Below, in pieces: positions 11,266 to 23,231 of a DNA stretch of 64,000 nucleotides. Position numbers and translations under genes: made by a program. Position 1 is the first letter of the stretch. Every line of letters starts with the position of its first letter. Source of the DNA: Okamejei kenojei (lineage: Eukaryota); NCBI GenBank assembly GCA_035221665.1, contig CM069160.1, positions 4,340,001 to 4,404,000 of the forward strand. The letters run 5' to 3'. The notes under the pieces are model-generated. The model was not told the DNA's origin. It ran no database searches and saw nothing but the letters and a program-made list of their open reading frames with translations.

Positions 11266-12996
11266 ATGAAAGGAGCAGTCGTGGTATTGTTTGCTTTGTA
11301 TGTAATTGTTGTAAAAGGTATTAATAATTGTGATAAATGTTATCATCCTATTCAATGCAGAGGGGTAATAACCAGACCATTTACCTATCATTCCCATGTG
11401 AATAAAGCATGCCATGACCGAAAGAATAGAATCATTTGTAAAGAGGGGGAAAGGAGTATTTGATGGCAGGCAATAGGGGGTATATAGGGAAGTTTGGGGC
11501 CGTTACCTGCCCAAGGGGAGAGAGATGGGTTTGTGTACAGTTATTTTCCCTTCTCAGATCATAAAAGGGCAATAGATAAGACGAAGGAGGAAGTAGTGAA
11601 AGAGATTACTAAGGTAGTAGTCACGAAGCCTCCCCCTCCCCCACATACTCAGCCTCAAGTGCACCAGACACTGTACGAAGAAATCAAGAAGCAGATCGAA
11701 ATCCCTGAAGGAAGAAAAAACCTGTTTTGTGGACTTGGCCACCCGGATTAGCTGGGACCCCTGAATGTGACTAACTGTTTGGGTCTGCGGAGGACGCTGA
11801 TGAATTCACGTTGGCCGTGGAGAGGATCCATTGTTGAAATATGGGACCTGATGGGTGGAACCTGACAGCTGGACAAGACCGAGATCCCCAGGTATGGGTC
11901 CTGACAGATGCTCCGGTCGGGACTGAGTTATCGCTAGGCCCTGGGCAAAGGATGCCGTCCTAGTAGGCAGCAGCCCCTGCCAGCACATCGTCACCCAGTG
12001 GCCAAATCAGTCCCGAGTGTGGTGGCCAGAGGAGCCTAAATGGTATCTAACTAAGAAATATGGAAAAAACTGCGCTATCCGGATGGAGATTGATGGAGTG
12101 GAATCAGCCGGACTATGGAACTGCACCGGGAATAACCCTTATCAGGGATCCCAGTATTGCGAAATATATGGAACAAGGTTGCCTCTAGTGGACCGGCCCC
12201 TGAAGGATTGTTATGGATATGCGGATACAAGGCATACTCGGTGTTACCGATGAATTGGAGTGGGACTTGTTTTATTGGACTGGTACAACCTGGATTCTTC
12301 CTGTTAAACCCCAAAGAAGGCCAGTCGTTAGGAACACCTGTATTTGATGACCTATATCGGAAAAAGAGGAAAATAGACATTGGAGAATGGGAAGATGATG
12401 AGTGGCCACCAGCAAGAATCATCTCATACTACGGACCAGCCACTTGGGCACAAGATGGATCCTGGGGCTAACCGAACACCAGTATATATGTTAAACCGGA
12501 TCATAAGGCTACAGGCAGTACTGGAGTAATTACCAACCAAACTGCGGGGGCGCTGGAGATGCTGGCAAAGCAGCAGACGCAGATGAGAGCAGCGATATAC
12601 CAGAACAGGTTAGCCCTAGATTATCTCCTGGCAGAAGAAGGAGGGGTATGCGGGAAATTCAACCTCTCTAATTGCTGTTTGAACATCGATGATAATGGAC
12701 AGGCAGTGATGGACATATCAGAAGGGATCCGGAAGTTGGCGCATGTTCCAATACAAAAGTGGAATTCGATTATGGGAACCCAATGGTGGGATTCTATCCT
12801 CGGAGGAACATGGTGGAGAACGGTGGGACTTGTGTTTCTATGTGCAGTGGCTGGACTGATCTTCATCCCCTGTTGTATCCCTTGTTTTAGGGAACTTATT
12901 ACCAGAAGTATAAGTCAGATGCAGGCTGTAGTCATGCCTATGGGAGAGAAAGGGGAAATACAGAAAATAATGATAATGCGGCCAGGGGAAGTTTAG
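11266..12996 (+). CDS. env: Retroviral envelope glycoprotein, gamma-type, ERV3/HERV-I-like; full length but with single-base frameshifts as assembled
   Basis: Signal peptide [16 protein letters not shown]; [25 protein letters not shown] (CxxC); WICG; furin site RKKR; [23 protein letters not shown]; [21 protein letters not shown]; CX6CC ([10 protein letters not shown]); TM segment [22 protein letters not shown]. Confidence 0.93.
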
Positions 12997-13083
12997 ATTT
13001 ACGGGAGGAGAAGGTTAGGACAATGTTACGTCAGTTCGAATTGAAGGAACTTAAAATGAGGGTTTAATCAGTGTATGCGTAGC

Positions 13084-13100
13084 AAAAGAAAAAGGGAGGA
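13084..13100 (+). promoter_or_regulatory. Polypurine tract
   Basis: aaaagaaaaagggagga immediately before the 3' LTR. Confidence 0.9.
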
Positions 13101-13101
13101 T

Positions 13102-13734
13102 TGTGAGGGATAAAGTGATTAAACCCTATTAAAGAAAGGAGTTTTAAAGAGAATTCAAACAGAGAGGGGCTGGAGAGGAGATTCTGACAGCAGTGTCTGA
13201 AAATTGCCAGACCCATCCTTGAGGCCTTGAGTAAGAAGAGATAGCTTTGTCTCGCTAGAGAAGGGGGTGATGTAGAGAGATCCCTATCAGTGGAAAGGAG
13301 TGATGGATGGGACCCTAGTCACTATAGCTTAGCTTTAGTGCTGATATAGGAAAACTGAGAGGGTTCACTAGGAGGTGAGCGAAAGTGAGCCAGGTCATGA
13401 GCAATTGAGCATGCTTAATAGAAAAAAATGAATATTACAACACACCCCTGGTCAAGAAATTGCTCATTACCATGAACATGCAATGTATGATGTGGGAGGT
13501 ACGAGGGGATGTACGGTGGGTTGTACCTACAGATTGTGCACCTCCGACTCTGATTGGAGAGAGGTCCGGAGGAGAAATTGAATGTAAGATTTTGTGTATA
13601 AAGGGGATGATCTCCCTGGCTTCAGTGTGTCTCGGTTGGAGAGGCACCGGTCTGCAGACTCGTAAAATAAAGAAATCTCTTGCTTCCAGATTTAGTCTTT
13701 GAGTATTTATTGTGAGCATAAAGGGTATCTCACA
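13102..13734 (+). repeat. 3' LTR (633 bp)
   Basis: Direct repeat of 8809-9447. Confidence 0.97.
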
Positions 13735-14134
13735 TATGCAAAAAAAAATTGTGTACTTGCACATGTGACAAAGAAAACAGTATTGATCCCATTGAACTAT
13801 TGGCCATCATTCTCCTTTCTTGATCTCTTCTTCTCCATCACAGGCGACAGACTATCAACTGATCTGGCTGACGTTAGTGGAGCATCACAACGGCTGGGAA
13901 GGCGGATGAAGGCTGTAGCAGAAAAGGCTCTCCAGTTGTCTTTGACTCCATTCCACTGGATCCTGACCGAGATCTATCAAGGACCGTGGGGTGGCTGTCT
14001 GTGTGTCAGTCTTCCCACGTTAAACAGTCACGCACAGACATCCTCCATATAGGGTATAGCAGCCTGGATACATGCATGGTCAGCCATGACCGAAGGGGCC
14101 TAAGCCAAAAGACTGCATCTGATGTTCCCGCTGT

Positions 14135-14635
14135 GGCACCCGGTGCATCAACGAGAGCAAATGTAGACTAGGCAACTGTTTCACCGAACACCTGCCCGGA
14201 CTACCCGAGGACGTAGTTGAGGCAGGGACTATTCCAACTTTTAAGACAGATACATGGATATCACAGGTTTGAAGGGATATGTGCCAAACGTGGGCTAGTA
14301 GGACTAATGTGGCTGGAACATGTTGGCCGGTGTGGCAAGATGGGCCGAAGAACTTGTTTCCATGCAATATCACTCCATGAATTCCATGACTATGAACTGC
14401 TAGGGCTCCTAGCTACTGACAATTTTAACATCCCTTCACATTCCTCTACTGACCTTTCTGTCTTGGGGCCACCTCCATTGCCAGAGTGAGACAACTGGAG
14501 GAACAGCACCACATACTTTAGAACCATAAAAAATAGGTGCAGGAGGAGGCCATTCGGCCCTTCGAGCCAGCAGCACCATTCATTGTGATCATGGCGGATC
14601 GAGTAGCATGCTTGGGTAGCATGCACCCCAATGGT
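14135..14635 (+). mobile_element. Penelope-like GIY-YIG/3' fragment interrupted by short CR1 tails
   Basis: Resembles 27020-27280 (ttcaccgaacacc; gacctttctgtcttgg; tggaggaacagcacc); continues at about 17530 beyond the large CR1. Confidence 0.55.
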
Positions 14636-17520
14636 ATAGAAACATAGAAACATAGAAAATAGGTGCAGGAGAAGGCAATTCGTCACTTCGAGCCTCCACC
14701 GCCATTCAATATGATCATGGCTGATCATCCAACTCAGTATCCTGTACCTGCCTTCTCTCCATACCCCCTGATCCCTTTAGCCACAAGGGCCACATCCAAC
14801 TCCCTCTTAAATATGGCCAACGAACTGGCCTCAACTACCTTCTGTGGCAGAGAATTCCATAGATTCACCACTCTCTGTGTGAAAAAACGATTTCTCATCT
14901 GTCCTAAAGGACTTCCCCCTTGTCCTTAAACTGTGATCCCTTGTCCTGGACTTCACAAACATCGGGAACATTCTTCCTGCATCTAGCCAGTCCAACCCCT
15001 TATGAATTTTGTAAGTCTCTATGAGATCCCCCCTCAATCTCTCAAAATTCCAGCGAGTACAGGCCGAGTCTATCCAGTCTTTTTTCATATGGAAGTCCTG
15101 CCATCCCAATAATCAGTCTGGTGAACCTTCTCTGTACTCCCTCTATGGCAAGAATGTCTTTCCTCAGATTAGGAGACCAAAATTGTATGCAATACTCCAG
15201 GCGTGGCCTCACCAAGACCCTGTGCAACTGCAGTAGAACTTTCCTGCTCTTGTACTCAAATCTGTTTTGCTGTTTGCTATGAATGCCAACATACCATTCG
15301 CTTTCTTCACAGCCTGCTGCACCTGCATGCCTACTTTCAATAACTGGTGTACCATGACACCTAGGTCTCGTTGCATCTCCCCTTTTCCTAATCGGTCACC
15401 GTTCAAATAATAGTATACTTTCCTATTTTTGCCACCAAAGTGGATAACCTCACATTTATCCACATTATACTGCATCTGCCATGCATTTGCCCACTCACCC
15501 AGTCTATCCAAGTCATCTTGCAGCCTCCTAGCATCCTCCTCACAGCTAACACTGCCCCCCAGCTTCGTGTCATCCGCAAACTTCGAGATGTTGCATTAAA
15601 TCCCTCGTTCAAATCATTAATATATATTGTAAATAGCTGGAGTCCCAGCACTGAGCTTTGCGGCACCCCACTAGTCACTGCCTGCCATCCTGAAAAGGAC
15701 CCGTTCACTCCTACCCTTTGCTTCCTGTCTGCCAGCCAGTTCTCTATCCACATCAATACTGAACCGCCAATACCGTGTGCTTTAAGTTTGTATACTAATC
15801 TCTTGTGTGGGACTCTGTCGAAAGCCTTCTGAAAGTCCAGATATAACACATCTACTGCTTCTCCCTTATCCACTCTACCAGTTACATCCTCAAAAAATTC
15901 AATAAGATTCGTCAGACATGATTTACCTTTCGTAAATACATGCCTGACTTTGTCCAATGATTTCACCAATTTTCCAAATGCGCTGCTATCCCCCATCTTT
16001 AATAACTGACTCTAGCAGTTTCCCCACTACCGATGTTAGACTAACTGGTCTGTAATTCCCCGTTTTCTCTCTCCCCCCCATTTTTAAAAAGTGGGGTTAA
16101 AGTAGCTACCCTCCAATCCTCAGGAACTACTCCAGAATCTAAAGAGTTTTGAAAAATTATCACTAAGGCATCTGCTATTTCTGGGGCTACTTCCTTAAGT
16201 ACCCTGGGATGCAGCCTATCTGGCCCTGGGGATTTATCGGCCTTTAATCCATTCAATTTACCTAACCACTTTCCGGCTAACCTGGATTTCACTCAGTTCC
16301 TCCATCTCGTTTGACCCACGATCCCATGCTATTTCCGGCAAATTATTTATGTCTTCCTTAGTTGACAGAACCAAAGTAGTTATTCAATTGATCAACCATG
16401 TCCTTGTTCCCCTTGATCAATTCACCTGCTTCTGTCTGCAAGGGACCTACATTTGTTTTAACTCATCTTTTTCGCTTCACATATCGATAAAAAACTTTTG
16501 CAGTCAGTTTTTATGTTTCCTGCCGGTTTTCTTTCATAATCCATTTTCCCTTCCCTAATTAAGCCCTTTGTCCTCTTCTGTTGGTCTTTGAATTTCTCCC
16601 AGTCCTCTGGTAGGCTGATTTTTCTGGCTAATTTGTACGCTTCATCTTTTGCTTTGATACTATCCCTGATTTCCCTTGTTATCCACGGATGCGCTACCTT
16701 CCCTGATTTCCACCGTCAACCCTTCAAGAATCAATTGCCAGTCTATCTTGGCCAATTCACGTCTCATACCCTCAAAGTTACCTTTCTTTAAGTTCAGGAC
16801 CCGTGTTTCTGAATTAACAATGTCACTCTCCATCCTAATGAAGAACTCAACCATATTATGGTAACTCTTGCGCAAGGGGCCACGTAAAACAAGGCTGTTA
16901 ACTAACCCATCCTCATTACTCAATACCCAGTCTAGAATAGCCTGCTCTCTCATTGGTTCCTCTACATGTTGGTTTAGAAAACTATCCCGCATACATTCCA
17001 ATAAATCCTCTTCCTCAGCACCCCTGCCAATTTGATTCACCCAATCTATATGTAGGTTGAAGTCACCCAGTATAACGGTTTTACCTTTGATGCACGCATT
17101 TCTAATTTCCAGTTTTGATGCCATCCCCAACTCCACTACTAACTGTTATGTGGCCTGTACACAACACCCACTAGCGATTTCTGCTCCTTAGTGTTTCGCC
17201 GCTCCACCCATATCGATTTAACATCCTCCAAGCTAATGTCCTTCCTTTCTATTGCATTAAACTCGTCTCTAAGCAGCAACGCTACCCCACCTCCTTTTCC
17301 TCTCTGTCTATACCTCCTGAATATTGAATATCCCTGGATGTTCAGCTCCCAGCCTTGGTCACACTGGAGCCAAGTCTCCGTGATCCCAACTATATCATAA
17401 TTATTAATAGCTATCTGCACATTTAACTCATCCACCTTATTACGAGTGTTCTTCGCTTTGAGACACAAAGCCTTCAGGCTTGTTTTTACAACGCCTTTGC
17501 TCCTTTTACAATTATGTTGA
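14636..17520 (-). mobile_element. CR1-type LINE, about 2.9 kb, APE and RT domains, disrupted
   Basis: DIVGITETWL, ILGDFN, AILDWVL (endonuclease); KSPGPDRLHPRVLKE, YLDFQKAFD, SGVPQ, LFTIYINDL (RT); (ctatgttt)n-type tail at about 14636-14655. Confidence 0.95.
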
Positions 17521-17569
17521 AAGGTGGCCCAAGTATGAATATTGAATTTTCAACTTTTAGGTCACTAAC

Positions 17570-18060
17570 CTAAAACCGGCCTACTCAACCTCCCCCTCTT
17601 GGTCAAACCCTCTGGTTGTGGCAACATCCTCGTAAATCCTCTCTGTCCTGGCAATATCCCATAATTCATCTGTGCAACCATTTCCAACTTGACAACATCT
17701 TTTCTTGCAACATAGAACTGAGCACTGTACTCTAAATGTGGTCTCACAAACGTCTTATACAACTGCAACATGACCTCATTTCTATACTCAAATGTTCTGA
17801 CTGATGATGGCCAATGTACCAAAAGCATTTTTGCACACCTTGTCGACCTGCGACTCGTAATTCTTGCCATGCATGTTCTCATCCAAATCATTGATATACA
17901 AGACAAACAGTAACAGCCGCAGCACTGAATCCTCAGTCACACAGCTAGTCACAGCAACCTTCCACCAATACCCTTTGCTTGCTAGAAGCCAATTTTCTAG
18001 TTCATTCGGCTACCTCTCCTTTGATCCCATGCATAATAACCTTCCAGAGCAGCCGCCCAT
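17570..18060 (-). mobile_element. Degenerate CR1 fragment
   Basis: MLQLYKTFVRPHLEYSAQF. Confidence 0.75.
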
Positions 18061-18419
18061 GTGATAATCTAACAATGACAGACACAGCTATCTCAACTAT
18101 ATGAATAGCTGCAATAAAGAGACATTAAAAAAAAGCGTTTAACAAGGCACATGGATATGTGGAGAATGGAGGGCTATGGATCACGTGCAGGCAGATTAAA
18201 TTAGTTTACGTTGCATCACGTTCGGCACATACATTGTGGGTCGATGGGCTTGTTTCTGTGCTGTACTTTTCTGTGTTCTCTGTTCATCTCCTCCCAACTG
18301 CTTCCTATAATTTTGCCGATTTTATTCCCCCAGTTTCACTCTCCTCCATTGTATCAGCTAGGGATGGTGAAACTTTTCTCGTGTAGAGGAAGAAAGTTGC
18401 CTTGCATTGGAGCAAGATG

Positions 18420-18770
18420 AAGGATGCAGAGAAGATTTACAAGGAGGCTGCCAGGACTCGAGGACCTGAGCTATAGGGAGCGGTTGAGCAGGCTAGGACT
18501 CTCTTCCTTGGAGCGCAGGAGGATGAGGGGTAATCCTTTCAAAGAGCACAGAATCAAGAGAGGAATTGATTGGAAGATGCACAGTCTCTTCCCCAGACTT
18601 GGGGAATCGAGAACCAGAGGATATAGGTTTCAGGTGAGGGGGGAAAGATTTAATGGGAACCAGAGGGGTAACATTTTCATACAATGGGAGTTGGGTGTGT
18701 GGAACGAGCAGCCAGAGGAGGTAGTTGAAGCCGCATTATCACAATGTTTAAAAAAATATTGGATGCATAG
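18420..18770 (+). mobile_element. CR1 3' fragment
   Basis: MQRRFTRRLPGLEDLSYRERLSRLGLSSLERRRMRG. Confidence 0.85.
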
Positions 18771-18959
18771 GGAATCATACTTACCCTTGTTTATGGAAAG
18801 ACCGTTCTGAACCCTGATAATGGAGAAATTCCACCCACTTTCATCAACCACGCACTCCTCCATACTGTTCCCATCTGTCCACCTACCTACCTTATTTGGT
18901 GCTTTGTGACAACCATAAGTGTTTCGATCTCTACCTAACAGTGTATGTACGGAAGGAAT

Positions 18960-19565
18960 AAGGTCATATGGTCATTGGTGATATGAGAGAAATTAGACCA
19001 TTCAGCCCATCAGGTCTATTCCGCCGTTAAATCATGTTTGATGTATCTCCCTCTCCTAACCCATTTCCTGCCTTCTTCCCATAAACCACTGACACCCGTA
19101 CTAATCAAGAATATATCTTTTTTTTTCTTGGCATACACAGCATTCTGTGACAAAGAATTCCACAGATTCACCACGCTCTAAATAAATAAATTCTTCCTAA
19201 TTTCCTTCCAAAAGGAATGATCTTTAATTCTGAGTCTACGACCTCTGGTCCACGACTCTCCCACTAGTGGAAACTGCCTCTCCAGAAGCCACTCCATCCA
19301 CGCCTTTCACTATTTGGTAAGTACCAATGAGGTTCCCCCATTCCATACCTCAGTGCCATCAAACGCTCATCACATGTTAACCCATTCATTCCTGGGATTC
19401 ATTCTTGTAAACTCCTCTGGACCCTTTCCAGAGCCAGCACATCCTTCCTTCCTCAGATATGGTTCCCAAAAATGCTCACAATATTCCAAATGCGGCTTGA
19501 CCAGCAGCTTATAGAGCCGCAACATTACATCCCTGTTTTTGTATTCTAGCCATTTTGAAATAAAT
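18960..19565 (-). mobile_element. CR1 3' fragment
   Basis: CR1 3' UTR and C-terminal coding similarity (cacagattcaccac; tattccaaatgcggcttgacc). Confidence 0.7.
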
Positions 19566-20079
19566 GAATTGAATATTTATAAGATTGTATGAATGGTGAG
19601 TTAGGTCAGTGAGGAGTGGTTGCGTAGACCACTACATCCCTTCAATTAAAAAAAAAAAGACATGATCTCTTTGGAACTTTTTGAAGGTGCTCGTTGTTTG
19701 TTTGTAGGATATATGTTTCCTGTGGCATAGTCTAGACCCAGTCAGAGAGAGTGTTAGAAAATTGGGCATGCATTTACGACTAAGATAAGAAAACAATCCT
19801 TTCTCCTTGTAAGATGCAACGGATAGAGAAATAAAAGTCTTCAGAATTCTCTAACCCTGGAAGGCCCTGGAGATTCAGGCCTTGTTTATTCCTATAAAGG
19901 GATTTGAAGATTTATGTGCCCTAAGAAATTAAGACACATGGAGTGTAGGATAGAAAAATGGTGCAGAGGTGGAACAGTTATATTTTATCGACAATGAGCA
20001 GTCTTGGTATTAGTAGTGGATTACCATTATCTCATGTATCGACATACTGTTTCACAAATTGCCCATGCCATTCATACTT

Positions 20080-21225
20080 TACACGAGTATAATCGTACCC
20101 GACATCCGTACAATGAGCAATGCAAAAATAGAAAGCGAACTGAATTCAGAATATAATGTTACAGCCGCAAATAAAGCGCAGATTGGAAATGAATGCTTCA
20201 AGGGGTATAACAAGGAAGATTGGAAGAACTGAACTATATCCTGAGCTTGTAGGAGAACCATTCAGTAATCTGATAACAGCCAGGTTCTTGAATCAGATGG
20301 TATGTGATTTCAAGGCTTTATATCATCAGCGCGATGGGAGAGAGGAGAAGAGGTAATTACCAGGGTGTGTGGGCCTTTACCAGAGCAGCGGGAAGTGTAG
20401 ATGGAATTAATGGCGGCGCGGCTGGGCTGTGTGATGGTCTGGACTGTGTGATAGGCTGCTGGGCTGTGGAATGGACTCGGCTGTGTAGATGGGCAGGGCT
20501 CTGTGATGGGCTGGGCTGTGTGATGGACTCGGGTCTGTATTGGACTGGTCTTGTGATGGACTCGGCTAGTGTGATGGGCTGGGCTCTGTGATGGGCTGGG
20601 CAGTGTGATGGGCTTTGCTGTGTGATGGGCTGGGCTGTGTGATGGGCTGGGCTCTGTGATGGGCCTGGGCAGTGTGATGGGCTGGGCAGTGTGATTGGCT
20701 GGGCAGTGTGAATGGACTCGGGTCTGTAATGGACTGGGCTGTGTGATGGACTGGGCTGTGTGATGGACAGGGCTGTGTGATTGGCTGGGCTGTGTGATGG
20801 GCTGGGCTGTGTGATGGACAGGGCTGGTGTGATGGCTGGTCTGTAATGGACTGGGCTGGTGTGATGGGCTGGGCTGTGTGACGGGCTGGGCTGTGTGACG
20901 GACTGGGCTGGTGTGATGGGCTGGGCTGTGTGGATGGGCTTGGCTGTGTGATGGACTGGGCTGTGTGATGGGCTGGGCTGTGTGATGGACTGGGCTGTGT
21001 GATGGACTGGCTGTGTGACGGCTGGGCTGTGTGACGGACTGGGCTGTGTGATGGACTGGGCTGTGTGATGGGCTGGCTGTGATGGTCTGGGCTGTGTGAT
21101 GGCTGGGCTATGTATGGACGGGGCTGAAATCCTCAAACTCTCCACAATGTCCTTCTGGTCTTGGGCAGCACAGTTTTGAAACCCAACGTGATGCACACCA
21201 AGAGGATGCTTTATATGGTTCTTGA
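20080..21225 (-). mobile_element. Rex1/Babar-type LINE 3' fragment carrying an expanded minisatellite
   Basis: Minus strand ILLVCITLGF/NCAAQDQKDIVES..AQSIT, comparable with the Rex1 fragment at 33740-34310. Confidence 0.5.
20420..21110. repeat. Minisatellite, about 15-20 bp unit (gggctgtgtgatggact)
   Basis: Dozens of imperfect tandem copies. Confidence 0.95.
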
Positions 21226-21489
21226 GAATATAATTTGGTTGGTCCTATTTCCCCCCCCCCCCCCCCCCCCCCCCATTATAACCAGTCACACATATTTCAT
21301 TTAAAACCTGCCACACCCATTTATTTCTCTGTCTATGACACAGCCTTTTAATTGCAATATTACTGCCTTCCTCTGTTTTGCTTTCTGAACAACTGAATTG
21401 CACCGTTGTCGGCTGTTATTTTACTGGTAGAGGGCATCAGATTTTGGTTCAACAGTGATGCCGGGATAAAATCAATGTTATCCTGCTGC

Positions 21490-21748
21490 CCTTGGAAGTC
21501 AATAAGAAGTCAAGACTTATTTCCAAGAGTCGAGGATTCAAAAAAACAGGGATGTATGCCGAAGAGCTTTATAAGGCACTGTCATGCGCATTTGGAGAAT
21601 TGTGAGCAATTATTTAGGCACCATATATGATGCGCGGTCTCTGGACAAATCCAGAGGATGTTACAAGACTGATCACAGGAATGATGGGTTAACCTATGAT
21701 GAGCGTTTGATGGCACTGGGCCTTACACGCTAAGTTTTGGAAGAATAA

Positions 21749-21819
<71 letters not shown>

Positions 21820-22230
21820 GGGGGGGGGGGAACGACCTTATTTGAAATGAACCGAATGGTGAAAGGGCTTTGGATAGAATGGATGAGGTGGGGATACTTC
21901 CCCCAGTGGGGAGAGACTAGGCTGGAAGTCATCGCCTCAGAATTAAAGATGTTCCTGGGAAAGGGATGAGACGAACTTATTTAGTCAGAGTGGTCGTGAA
22001 TCTGTGTGATTTCATTGCCACATAATGCTGTGGATGCCAAGGTACGGTGATATTTTTGAAGCAGATGAGATATAATAGATTCTTTGATTAAGTACGGGTG
22101 TGAAGGGTTATGGGATAAAGGCAGGAGAATGGGGTTGAGGGAAGAGATAGCTAACCCATGATTGAATGGCAGAATATACAGGGATGGGCCGGATGGCCTT
22201 ATTCTGCTCCTGACACTGATGACATGACCT
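21490..22230 (+). mobile_element. Degenerate CR1 3' fragment with an approximately 80-nt poly-G run
   Basis: catttggag..ttgtgagcaatt, ggcaggagaatggggttgag and other CR1 tail motifs; G-run at 21748-21830. Confidence 0.7.
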
Positions 22231-22705
22231 TATGCAATGTCAATCTGCATTGAACCCTGAATCAAGCTCGCCCTTGAAAATATCCCGAGCCCCCCGCCGA
22301 GGATCGGAAAACCAGGTCGTGCTTTCTAAAATAATACAAATGGAAGTGATACAGAGCAGGCCACAGGTGGGGTACAGAGTGAGTGTTTACGCGGGTAAGT
22401 TTGAAAAGGGGGTTTGATTAAACCGAGACTCCGGTGCACGGCTCTGGGTCTGTGCAGCGAGTCCGGAACTCCTGCCCCAAGTAATCCTAATTATTGCATG
22501 TTTACTCGATCAAAGACCGGCGCGGACCCGACTGATCATTCAAATGGAATAACTGGAGATGTTTGAGTTGGAGTGGTGTGAACTGTGATGTAATTTGTGG
22601 TCCCCAGTGGAGAAGGGTGATGAATAATCAGGTTGCAGCGTGAAATCGCTTCAATATGCATCTGTACCTTTTGCCATAACCAGATCTTCTCCTATCCATC
22701 ATAAA

Positions 22706-23193
22706 ATGCGGGAACAGAGGCGGCTGATGCGACCATTATTTGCAACCCGATCTTTGCAATTATCGGTATCCCAGTGAGTTCTTTTGTCGCCACCAAGTCC
22801 GACGCTTTACTTCTGATATCTCTTTCCGGAGTATCTACTCTTTTGAGTTTCAGTCTAGTTTCTTGTCACGTAAAGCGAGGTGCAAGTGAAAGCCTTTCTT
22901 GCGTGTTACAACCAGTCAGCGGAATGACAATGCATGATTACCACCGACCATCCCCACAGTGAACAAATACACAACGAAACAGATAATAACGTGAATAACG
23001 TTTAGTGCAAGATAAAGACGAGTAAAGTCCGATCCAAAGATATGTAGAGGAGGAACTATCAGATGCTGGTTTAAACCGAAGTCAGAGACTCAAAGCTGAA
23101 GTAAATCAGGCGGGTCAGGCAGCATCTGTGGAGAAAGGAATAGGTGACGATTTCGGGTTCGAGACACTTCTTCAGACTAAGAGTCGGGGGGGT

Positions 23194-23231
<38 letters not shown>

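Larger units (their letters stand above)
8809..13734 (+). mobile_element. Endogenous retrovirus (class I/gamma-like, ERV3/HERV-I-type env); internally deleted provirus
   Basis: Paired TG...CA LTRs, 4-bp TSD tatg (8805-8808 and 13735-13738), PBS, gag start, RT/RNaseH/IN remnants, env, PPT. Confidence 0.97.

Noticed and set aside
20357-21196. 279-aa His/Pro/Ser-rich ORF
   Set aside because: Translation of a minisatellite; no evidence of a gene.
21748-21830. About 80-nt poly-G run (and other long G/C runs)
   Set aside because: Homopolymer lengths are unreliable in this assembly; the run sits at a short G-run position of a CR1.
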